Part shown: one piece after another, positions 9,324 to 18,118 of the stretch
Numbering within the stretch: the stretch's first letter is position 1
Layout of the letters: each line of letters begins with the position of its first letter
Source: a virus
Taxonomy: Duplodnaviria; Heunggongvirae; Uroviricota; Caudoviricetes; Crassvirales
Length of the DNA stretch: 32,528 nt
Reading direction: 5' to 3' (one strand)
IMG/VR virus record: IMGVR_UViG_3300025288_000016
Coordinates: 64,431 to 96,958 of that record
Notes under the pieces: model-generated
The model's database searches: none
The model's input: only the letters and a program-made list of their open reading frames with translations
What the model was told of the DNA's origin: nothing
Translations under genes and position numbers: made by a program

Positions 9324-12300
9324 AATCCACATTTAGTTTTAATCTGTTCTTCACTTATATCTTTATTTTTTAATAAATCAAAAACAGCTTTTACTTTATC
9401 TTGTATTTTATTATATTTTTTAGCAACAATTTGTATTTCTTTAATATGAACTACATAATTTTTAGACAAAGCAATATATATTTTAGAAGCTTGTTCGTCT
9501 GTTAATTTAGAAAATTCAGTTTCTTCTTTTAAAGAAGGTTTTTCAATTTCTTCTTTTTTAGATGATACAATAGTTGGTGGTCCAAATAATTCAGATAGAG
9601 CATCTATTTGTGTTGTATCTGTAATTTCTATACCTTTAAATTTACCTGATTTTTCTTTAGGAGTTTCAGTTTTTATAATAGTTTCAACTTTAGGTTTAGC
9701 TACTTTAGTTTTATATATTTTAATTAAATCTTCATTAAATTCAGATAATTTACCTTTAATTTTAACTTGGTCTTTACCTAAATATATTGTAGTTTTACCT
9801 TGAAAAGTAGGTTCACCTATTTTAGCATTAGTATTTAAAGTTCCACTATTAATTAAATATTCTAAATAAGCTCTATTTTCATCAATATTTAAATTATTAT
9901 TATCAGTTTCTTTTTTTCTAAATTTAATTTGATGTCTTTTATTTTGAGTTAAAGTATAAATAAATAAATCTTTACTTTCAGGAGTTTCAAACTGTTCTTT
10001 AGTTAATTCTTTATCAAATAATAGTAATGTATTTTTAATAGTAAATTTAACTTGAGTTTTAGGATTTTTACTTCCTTCCCAAACTAAAAATTCTATTAAA
10101 TCTTTAATAGTAATATCATTAATATTTTTATTTAATAAATCTAGTACATCTTTAAAATTAACTTGAATTTTATTCCATAATTCTTTATCTAAAGATGATA
10201 AAGTATTAGTTTCTTCACCATTAAATCTATTTTTATATAATTCATATAATAGTTCTGCTTTATCTTTTGTTAATTTCTTGATATTTAATTTTAAAGGAAA
10301 ATCTAATCCAGCAGCAGTATGAATTTTAAGATATACCTCACCTTTAGCTAATCTCCTATTAACAGGAAATATATCATCATTAATATTAATTAATGTACCA
10401 AAATTATCTACAAAATAAATATCTTCTTTTTTAATTTTAGAAATATCACCTGAGAACTCATATAAGCCAGTTATTAGGTTCTCTACAACATTATCTTCTA
10501 TTTGTAGTGTTCCATTACCTTGTCCTACAATTGGAACGCTTATATCTTCTATTTTAGTACCTTTAGCTAATTCTTTAATTATAGTACTTCTAAGTTCTTT
10601 AGATGTTTTATTAAATATTTTATTATAACCTTCTTTATCAGATTTAGTTTCTAATGGTGCAAAAATATCATCTGTTAATTTAATATTTAAAGGTAAATGA
10701 TTTATTAAAAATTCTATATCTGTAAAATCTTTATTATTAAATAATTCTAAAGCTTTCTTTTGATTATCTGAAAAACCTTGTTTATTAACTTCGATACCTT
10801 TTTCTTCATTAGTTTTATCTCTAGGAGTTCTTTCAAATTCTAAAGCTGCATCAGATATAAAAGATAATTTTTTACCTTTATTATTATCTGTTATAATAAT
10901 TCTAGGTTGATTTTTTTCTTCATATATCTCAGTAGAAATATCTTCTTGAACCTCTTCAATAATATCTTCAATTGGTCCTTCTGTTACAAAATTAGAAGTA
11001 TTTATAGCAGCAGTAAATGTAGTGGGTTTAAATGCAAATTCTTGACCATCTTCTGTTTTAAAAGAAATATATCCTTTTTTAATTGCAGTAATTTCAGCAG
11101 ATAATCCTCTTCTATTTTCTGGAATACCTTTAACATCAGGTATAGTAACAGTTTCACCTACATTAAAATTATTAGATAAATAATTTAAAGCTTCTTCATT
11201 TAATCTATCTTTTTCTTGTTCTTCTAAAGTAAGTTTTGCATTTTTTTCTGAAACTTTTTTAGAATTTTCACTAATTTTAGATTGGATTTCTTTACGTTTA
11301 CTATTAAGAGTTTCTTTTATACTTTCAGAAGCTATATTTTCTGGTATATTAATATCATCTAATTCATCTAAAGTTTTAGCTAAATTTATTTTTTCTAATA
11401 CATCTGTTGTTTCTTTTTCAATAGAATCTTGTTCTTTTCTAATTTTATTAGCTTCTTTTACTTCTTTACTAAAAGCTTCTTTTACAGATTTGTTATCCCA
11501 AAATGCATTATTAAGTTTATCAATATCTCTTAATTTATTGTTTAAAGAACCAATTTCATTATAAATCTTACCAATTCTATTATCTATAGTTGATAAATCT
11601 CTTACTTTAGCAGGATTATTTTCTACATCAATATAATTAATACCTCTTTCTTCTAATAAAGTATTAAAAGTAGCCTTTTTTTCTTGTAATTTTTGTTGAT
11701 TATAATATTGATTAGATTTATTATTTAAATAGATATCAGTTAATTTATTATAAAATGCAACTTTGTCATTAGCATTAGCTTCAGGATTGTTTAAATCAAA
11801 TATAGATGGAGCAAAACTTTGAAATAAAGTATTATCTTTTTCTAATTTTTTAGCTTGTTCTAGTATATTATCAATAAATTTTTTATTATCAGTTTTATCA
11901 GCTTTATTTAAAGATGCTAATTCTGAAGAAGTTTCTAAATGTTGTCTTAAAACATCTATTCCTAATTGTTCATTAACAATAAAAGGTTTAATTAAATCTG
12001 TAAATACTTTTTGTTTAATATCACGAACTAATTCAACATCACCAGATTCAGATGCTAAATCATATAATCCTGACAAATATTCTAATTGATTACTGCTTTT
12101 AATTTTTTCTGCTAAAGCTTTAAAATTAACTTTAGGTACTTTTTTATATTCACCATTTTCTAATATTTCATCAAATATTACTTGCCCATCTTCATTTTTT
12201 TCATAAGTATCTTTGTGAAATATATTATAAGCATCATCTAATACTTCATTACCAGCAGTTATTAATTGATTTGTAATATTTTTTTCTTTAGTTGAACTTT

Positions 12301-13579
12301 TAAAATCTTGATATGAAGTCATACCTCCACCAAATAGTGTACCTAAAAACATAGCTTTTTGTCCATCTGTAGAAGAAAACATTTCAGCATAAGCTTTAGG
12401 TATTTCACCAACAGAATCTAAAAATCCTGCATCTGGATTATTAACAAAAAATTGTTCTGAAGCAGATTGCATACCTTCTTCCCATAAACCTTCAGTTACA
12501 CTACCTTTTATAAATTGTCCAATAGCTTGACCAGCTTTTTGACGTAATGTAGGATTATTTAAAGCTTCTAATCTTCCTGTACCAGCTATAACACCAACAG
12601 CTTTATTACGAGGTTTTCCCCATAACATTTTAGACATCATAGCATTAGGACCAATTAATATAGCAGCATTAGCTAAAAATACATTTCTACCTATTTCAGA
12701 AGATTTTTTTAATTCATTATTATATTGTTCTTGAGTAATTTCATTATTAGCTAATTTTTGTTGTAATTCTTGTTCATAAGAATCCATTGCACCTTTAGCT
12801 TCTGCACCTGCTTCAAAAAGTGTATTAGCCATTGTACCAGTAAATAAATCTGCATTTTTAGCAGAAGTAGGGGTTAATGGTGAATCTATTCTTTTTAGTT
12901 GTTTAAGTATATCATCTGCATATTTAGTTTTAGCAGCCATTTGAGCATACTTATTAGTACCAAGTATTTTAGCACCAATACCAAATTTATTTATAGCTGC
13001 ACCTGGAGCTAACATAGATACTATATAACCTATACCATCAGCACCTTCTGTAGCCCAAAAATCTATAGCTGTAATATTATCCCATAAATTACCTTCACTT
13101 ACTGCTTTTTTTACATATACAGGTAAGGCTTCACTTTTAATATATTCTTCTGCATCACCTATAGCTCTTATCCAACTATTATTAAAAGCGGTTTGTATAA
13201 AATCTGTATTATCTTCACCAGAAATAATATCTCCAATTTGACCAAAACCACCAAAAACTACACCACCTATTACTCCAGGCATTTTAGCAACTTCAGACAC
13301 AACTTTAGTGCCTATTCTTAATATTCCTGCACCTGCTTTAGTTATCCAAGGTTGTCTTTGAGCTCTATTTTCACTAATAGATTCTCGAAGATTACCATCT
13401 TCATTTACAGTAACATTTGGAAAAAAAGCTTTATCGTACCTACTATCACCAAAATCAAAATCACCTCTAGCTACTTCTGTAGAAGGTGTATTAGCATATC
13501 TATATTTTTCTTTTACAGGTTCTGTAAAATTATCATAAATATCAAATTTATCATCATAGTTTAATTCTTCTTCATCCAT
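9320..13579 (-). CDS. Large virion cargo/ejection protein (1419 aa)
   Basis: Lies between cargo genes and the RNAP. Gly/Ala-rich hydrophobic segments in the N-terminal third (GVIGGVVFGGFG, VFLANAAILIG, MFLGTLFGGG), then coiled-coil-like sequence. TAATG overlap upstream, ATGA overlap downstream. Confidence 0.65.
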   Translation of the reverse strand: MDEEELNYDDKFDIYDNFTEPVKEKYRYANTPSTEVARGDFDFGDSRYDKAFFPNVTVNEDGNLRESISENRAQRQPWITKAGAGILRIGTKVVSEVAKMPGVIGGVVFGGFGQIGDIISGEDNTDFIQTAFNNSWIRAIGDAEEYIKSEALPVYVKKAVSEGNLWDNITAIDFWATEGADGIGYIVSMLAPGAAINKFGIGAKILGTNKYAQMAAKTKYADDILKQLKRIDSPLTPTSAKNADLFTGTMANTLFEAGAEAKGAMDSYEQELQQKLANNEITQEQYNNELKKSSEIGRNVFLANAAILIGPNAMMSKMLWGKPRNKAVGVIAGTGRLEALNNPTLRQKAGQAIGQFIKGSVTEGLWEEGMQSASEQFFVNNPDAGFLDSVGEIPKAYAEMFSSTDGQKAMFLGTLFGGGMTSYQDFKSSTKEKNITNQLITAGNEVLDDAYNIFHKDTYEKNEDGQVIFDEILENGEYKKVPKVNFKALAEKIKSSNQLEYLSGLYDLASESGDVELVRDIKQKVFTDLIKPFIVNEQLGIDVLRQHLETSSELASLNKADKTDNKKFIDNILEQAKKLEKDNTLFQSFAPSIFDLNNPEANANDKVAFYNKLTDIYLNNKSNQYYNQQKLQEKKATFNTLLEERGINYIDVENNPAKVRDLSTIDNRIGKIYNEIGSLNNKLRDIDKLNNAFWDNKSVKEAFSKEVKEANKIRKEQDSIEKETTDVLEKINLAKTLDELDDINIPENIASESIKETLNSKRKEIQSKISENSKKVSEKNAKLTLEEQEKDRLNEEALNYLSNNFNVGETVTIPDVKGIPENRRGLSAEITAIKKGYISFKTEDGQEFAFKPTTFTAAINTSNFVTEGPIEDIIEEVQEDISTEIYEEKNQPRIIITDNNKGKKLSFISDAALEFERTPRDKTNEEKGIEVNKQGFSDNQKKALELFNNKDFTDIEFLINHLPLNIKLTDDIFAPLETKSDKEGYNKIFNKTSKELRSTIIKELAKGTKIEDISVPIVGQGNGTLQIEDNVVENLITGLYEFSGDISKIKKEDIYFVDNFGTLININDDIFPVNRRLAKGEVYLKIHTAAGLDFPLKLNIKKLTKDKAELLYELYKNRFNGEETNTLSSLDKELWNKIQVNFKDVLDLLNKNINDITIKDLIEFLVWEGSKNPKTQVKFTIKNTLLLFDKELTKEQFETPESKDLFIYTLTQNKRHQIKFRKKETDNNNLNIDENRAYLEYLINSGTLNTNAKIGEPTFQGKTTIYLGKDQVKIKGKLSEFNEDLIKIYKTKVAKPKVETIIKTETPKEKSGKFKGIEITDTTQIDALSELFGPPTIVSSKKEEIEKPSLKEETEFSKLTDEQASKIYIALSKNYVVHIKEIQIVAKKYNKIQDKVKAVFDLLKNKDISEEQIKTKCGL

Positions 13580-15462
13580 TATTTTTTCTTTTTAATATTA
13601 GTAGAAGTTGCACCATGAGCTCTTAAAAATCTAGATTGTAAGTCTTTTTCTGTAACAGGAATAGGATTAATATAACCTCCTTCTGGAGATTCAGTATTTA
13701 TAATATAAGAATGTTTTTCACCATTTATCATAATAGGTGTAGAAAGATAAACTACTACTTTATCTTTACTTTTTGGTATTTTATAAGGAATATCTGGAAA
13801 TTTATTAGTATTTATAAATACATCATTAAAATCTTTATCTGCTTGAAATTCTGGTGAATTTATTTCAGTTCCAGACCTACTAACTAATATATTTTTAATG
13901 TCACCATTATCATTTCTATATTGCATTCTTATAGGTGATACAAATAAATTTTTATTTTCAATATTACCGTATTTATCAGTCAAAAAGTTTTTAGGACTAT
14001 AATAACCTGAATACTTTAAATTATCAAAATTCTTTTTAATATCAGAAGGTAAATCATCATAAGAAATAACTTTATTAGAACCTTCTATAAAATATTTTCT
14101 TTCTTTAGGATTAGATTGAACTAATTCAGCTATTTTTTTAGGAGATGACCCATCTACACCTACACTTCTATCTCCATAAGATTTAGCAAAATCATCTGTA
14201 ATAATGAAATCTTGTCTTATTAATTGCTTATTTTTATTAAAATATTCTTGAACTAAACTAGCAGCTTCTGGAGAATATTTATTAAATCCTTTAGCTTCGG
14301 GAGTATTTACTATAATATTATCATATATTCTGTTATAATCTTCTAATTCTTTTGGATTAAGTTGATTTTGTACAGTAGCTATATATTCTTCTTTAGAAGT
14401 GCTTCCAGCAAAAACTTGACCACTTGCATTTAAACCTGGTCCTGTTCTAACAAATTTTGGTCCACCTCCTGCTGTTAATACTTTCCCTATATTATTAAGT
14501 TTATTTAATATATTAGTACTATATATTTCTACAGATGTAGCTTCAGCATACTCACCATTAGGTTTACCTTCTTCAGGATAATCTAAATCACCTTTACTAG
14601 GAGCTACATATTGATATTTTTCACCTGTTGTATCTAAACTTTTAGTTTCTTTTTGTAATCCTAAACCAGCATTAATAGTATTAGAAATAGTTTGTTTATC
14701 TAAACCTTGCCAAGTTGCACTTTGAGCACCTAAACCTTTATCATTAATCCATTTTTCTTCAAGAAATTTTCTTGCTACTTCTATATTAGGAACATTAGTA
14801 GTTTCTACTAATTGACCATCTTTAGTTACAAGCATCATACCACCTGTTTCTGTTGGTTCAAATCTATAACCTTTTTCATTCATTTTAGTTATAGTTTCAG
14901 AATTCATCATCTTACCTACTTCAAATATATCTTTTTGTAAATCTTGATAAGCAGCTGGCATTGGTGCTTGAAAATTTTCTATTTTACCAGTTTCATTAAA
15001 TTTTTTAATATAAAGTTCTTCAGCTTCTTGTAATTTTTTTTGTATTTCATTTGGTCCATAACCAATTTTAGTAGCATTAGCTAATACTTCAGCTTTACCT
15101 TGTTCTAATGATTTCTTAGCTGCTTGTACTTTACCTAATACACCAGTAGGTCCAACACTTGTTTGATAATCTTTATTAAGTCTTAATATATCACTTTTAG
15201 TAGTATTATTAAATCCTTCTCTAGCTAATAATTCAGAACGTTTATTTAATTCATCATATAATCTTTGTTGTTCAGCTTTAGCTACTTCACTATGAATATC
15301 TGAAGGGTCTATTTGAGCTAGTTGTGTTTCAATAGCACCAATACTTTCAGACATAGCATCATGCTGTTGACGTTTATAAGCAGGAACTAACATTAACTCC
15401 TGTAAAGTCATAGGATTAAATCTAGATTGAGAAGTCTTAGTGTATCTATTTACTTGTGCCAT
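13579..15462 (-). CDS. Putative virion cargo protein (627 aa)
   Basis: Long ORF coupled to both neighbours. N-terminus (RFNPMTLQELMLVP) resembles crAss-like cargo-region proteins as I recall them. No catalytic motif recognised. Confidence 0.55.
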   Translation of the reverse strand: MAQVNRYTKTSQSRFNPMTLQELMLVPAYKRQQHDAMSESIGAIETQLAQIDPSDIHSEVAKAEQQRLYDELNKRSELLAREGFNNTTKSDILRLNKDYQTSVGPTGVLGKVQAAKKSLEQGKAEVLANATKIGYGPNEIQKKLQEAEELYIKKFNETGKIENFQAPMPAAYQDLQKDIFEVGKMMNSETITKMNEKGYRFEPTETGGMMLVTKDGQLVETTNVPNIEVARKFLEEKWINDKGLGAQSATWQGLDKQTISNTINAGLGLQKETKSLDTTGEKYQYVAPSKGDLDYPEEGKPNGEYAEATSVEIYSTNILNKLNNIGKVLTAGGGPKFVRTGPGLNASGQVFAGSTSKEEYIATVQNQLNPKELEDYNRIYDNIIVNTPEAKGFNKYSPEAASLVQEYFNKNKQLIRQDFIITDDFAKSYGDRSVGVDGSSPKKIAELVQSNPKERKYFIEGSNKVISYDDLPSDIKKNFDNLKYSGYYSPKNFLTDKYGNIENKNLFVSPIRMQYRNDNGDIKNILVSRSGTEINSPEFQADKDFNDVFINTNKFPDIPYKIPKSKDKVVVYLSTPIMINGEKHSYIINTESPEGGYINPIPVTEKDLQSRFLRAHGATSTNIKKKK

Positions 15463-17158
15463 TTGAACTTTCTTTTACTTTTTTATCCATATCCTCTTTT
15501 GTAATTTGTTCACCTTTTTCATTAACAAAATACTTACCATTCCAAGAATATCCAAACATATTTTTAACCATTTTTTTATAGGATTCTTCTTTACCTATAT
15601 TACCAATATCTTCAAATAATGCACTTCTTTGAGCTGATTTAGCTGTATTATAAGCTCCTTCATCTTGTGCTTTTCTTTCTAAATATCTTTCATTTAATTG
15701 AGCATTAGTTGTATCTTTTTGAAGATTACTTTGAAATTGAAATTTATTTTCATTTCTATTAATATCTTCACCTTTCATATAAGCATCACTAATGGCTTTA
15801 GTTTTATTTAAATTAGCAGCAAGTAAATTAGTACTTAACGCACCTAAATTACCACCTGAAGATTCAGAAAGAGCTTTATTAACATTATTTTGATTAACTT
15901 GGTTAACTATTTGTTGTTCATCAAATAATTGTGGTTTATATACATTATCTAATCTAGTACCTCTTTCAGTAATAGGTTTTTCTATTTTATTAGTTAAATT
16001 ATCTAAAAGTGGAGCATATCTTAATATACTACCATAATTATTTTTTAAAAATTCACCTGTTTTATTTAAAGCTTTTCCAGTAAAAGTTTGTTCAGCATTA
16101 GAGTGTTTTCCAATACCAAAAGGTTGAAAATTAATACCTCCTCCATCAGTATATTCATTTGTATAACCTCCATTGCTAAAATTATCTGTATAGCCTGAAT
16201 CATTATATTTAGCTATATTAGCTTTAGGATTTAAACTTGTTATATGATTTAATTGTTCTTTGTATAATTCTGCATTAGCAGGATTTTTTTTAGTATTTTT
16301 TAAAGTATGTCTACCATCTTTATTTGTTTTTATATCAAAATAATCTAAATCTTTATATTTACCTAAATTTAAATTATGATTTGGTTTAGACGCTCTAATA
16401 GTATCTATAGTTGCAAAAATTCCACCTTCATTATGAGGGTCATAGTTAGCTGCATTATTACTAAATATACCTTCTCCTAAATCTTGAGATTGTAATTTAT
16501 CATTTAAATCAGATAATTCTTGAGAATTTAAATTTCTTTGTATTTTTTTGTCTTTTTTTGGGTCAGTAGTATAACCACCTATTTCATATGTATTAGGTCT
16601 ATAATTATTTGATTGTTTAAAATCAAAGTTCATATTAGCTTTTGCTGCATCTTTTTTAGCTTTATTACCACCAATTAATCCAGCAATACTACCTATCACA
16701 GCACCACCAGCAGCTCCCCAAGGACCTAATGCACTACCAGCTTTAGCTCCTGACATAGCTCCTGACATAGCTCCTCCAGCAATATTTACATCAGGTGCAG
16801 CAGTTCTACCACTAGTATCTATTCCACTTTTACTAAACGCCATATTACCTAATTCTAAAGCTCCTCCTGCTAAACCTAAAGCTCCAGAGACACCAATACC
16901 ACCATCTTCAGTACCAGTTTCTTCTAAATCCATACCAAACATACCTTGGTTTTGGTCTTGTGGATTAGATATTTCCATATTTTGTTTCAAATACTCTTGA
17001 GCTTGAGATAATCTTTCTAATAATTCTTGTTTAGTCTCATTAGATACTTTATCATTCCTACCTTTAAATTTAGCTTCTATAGCTTTACTAGCATCTGCAA
17101 AGGATTTACCTTTTGTGTAGGATGGTAAATTAAATTCCTTTATTAAATCTATATTCAT
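15446..17158 (-). CDS. Cargo protein 1-like, C-terminal part, with glycine-zipper membrane segments (570 aa)
   Basis: GIGVSGALGLAGGALELG and GSALGPWGAAGGAVIGSIAGLIGG segments. Position downstream of the muzzle gene as in crAss001 gp45. Confidence 0.6.
   Translation of the reverse strand: MNIDLIKEFNLPSYTKGKSFADASKAIEAKFKGRNDKVSNETKQELLERLSQAQEYLKQNMEISNPQDQNQGMFGMDLEETGTEDGGIGVSGALGLAGGALELGNMAFSKSGIDTSGRTAAPDVNIAGGAMSGAMSGAKAGSALGPWGAAGGAVIGSIAGLIGGNKAKKDAAKANMNFDFKQSNNYRPNTYEIGGYTTDPKKDKKIQRNLNSQELSDLNDKLQSQDLGEGIFSNNAANYDPHNEGGIFATIDTIRASKPNHNLNLGKYKDLDYFDIKTNKDGRHTLKNTKKNPANAELYKEQLNHITSLNPKANIAKYNDSGYTDNFSNGGYTNEYTDGGGINFQPFGIGKHSNAEQTFTGKALNKTGEFLKNNYGSILRYAPLLDNLTNKIEKPITERGTRLDNVYKPQLFDEQQIVNQVNQNNVNKALSESSGGNLGALSTNLLAANLNKTKAISDAYMKGEDINRNENKFQFQSNLQKDTTNAQLNERYLERKAQDEGAYNTAKSAQRSALFEDIGNIGKEESYKKMVKNMFGYSWNGKYFVNEKGEQITKEDMDKKVKESSNGTSK
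16744..16775. repeat. 12-nt tandem repeat (tagctcctgaca x2.7) encoding GAMS-GAMS-GA
   Basis: Exact DNA repeat read directly from the sequence. Confidence 0.9.
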
Positions 17159-18048
17159 AATCTTAATCTATTTGAAAAAATATATTTACCACCTTTTAAT
17201 TCAAAGGAAGTCTCATTTTCTTCTACTGTATTTTGTTTTCCGTTGTTACCTATTCCTTGAGGTATTCCGCCTAAAGGATTTTGTTCATGAGTTCCACCCC
17301 CATTAAACTCATTTAAATTTTTATCTATATTATTAGAATTAATAATTCCACCATTTACTTTCATATTTGATTTACCTACCATAGATAATATATTTTTCAT
17401 ATAATCATTATTAGTTGAAACAGAAGTATTATCTGTAACTATTTCAGACTCAAATTTTTCATCCTTAATAGGGGCTGTCCAATTAGTTTGATTAAAAGTT
17501 TTAATTTCTGGAGTCCTATTAAAAGTCATATATTCACTATTATTTTTTGAATTAAATTTTTTTTTATAATCTTCAATAGAAGAATTAAAGGAATCTATTC
17601 TTTTTGCTCTATCTTTATCTGCTCCTGCCCAATGATAATTAGCCCAAAAATCTGTTATAGATTCTTCACCTTTTACAACTTTAGCTAAATCTGCTTTAGG
17701 ATGTTTACGCATATTACCTAAAAATAAAATATCCTGTTGTTCAGAACTTAATGTACTAGCATCTAAACTATCAAATTGAGTTGCTTTTTGTAACCATTCT
17801 GGAACAGGAATATTATTATCATTATAATATTTTTTAGTTCTTTTAGCAGCTGTTATTGCACCAGCATTTTTACCAACTTCAAATTGGTATTTACCTCTAC
17901 CAGGACCACCACCTTGTTGAACTATTTCAGGGTCTAATGTACCTGCAGATTCATGATATGCAATAGTATCAAGAAGGTTAAGGTAGTCTTTTGGACTACC
18001 ACCCTTCTCTTCAATTAATTTTTTTATGAGTTTTTCCCTTTCATTCAT
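17155..18048 (-). CDS. Lysozyme-like (muralytic) domain fused to cargo protein 1 N-terminal motif (297 aa)
   Basis: IAYHES (candidate catalytic Glu), GPGRGKYQF, LSSEQQDILF. C-terminus GGTHEQNPLGGIPQG...VEENET...YIFSNRL is a motif I associate with crAss-like cargo 1. Confidence 0.65.
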   Translation of the reverse strand: MNEREKLIKKLIEEKGGSPKDYLNLLDTIAYHESAGTLDPEIVQQGGGPGRGKYQFEVGKNAGAITAAKRTKKYYNDNNIPVPEWLQKATQFDSLDASTLSSEQQDILFLGNMRKHPKADLAKVVKGEESITDFWANYHWAGADKDRAKRIDSFNSSIEDYKKKFNSKNNSEYMTFNRTPEIKTFNQTNWTAPIKDEKFESEIVTDNTSVSTNNDYMKNILSMVGKSNMKVNGGIINSNNIDKNLNEFNGGGTHEQNPLGGIPQGIGNNGKQNTVEENETSFELKGGKYIFSNRLRL

Positions 18049-18055
18049 TATATCA

Positions 18056-18087
18056 CAAATATAAGATTTTTATTCATTGTTTCCAAA
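18056..18087 (-). promoter_or_regulatory. Bacteroidota housekeeping-sigma promoter (-33 TTTG / -7 TATATTTG)
   Basis: Minus strand reads TTTG-gaaacaatgaataaaaatct(20 nt)-TATATTTG, ending 7 nt before the ATG at 18048, inside a 70-bp intergenic gap. Confidence 0.75.
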
Positions 18088-18118
18088 TAATTTAATGTAT
18101 TATTTATAATAATAAATA

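Noticed and set aside
9324-9332. Track start of the RNAP (MWI-MSC)
   Set aside because: The ATG at 9323 gives an ATGA overlap and an MSC start matching the paralogous start at 1586, so it is preferred.
17155-17185. Programmed -1 frameshift joining the two cargo-1 halves
   Set aside because: The T6 run is followed by TAG in the -1 frame, and the three codons left before the ATG contain no slippery sequence.
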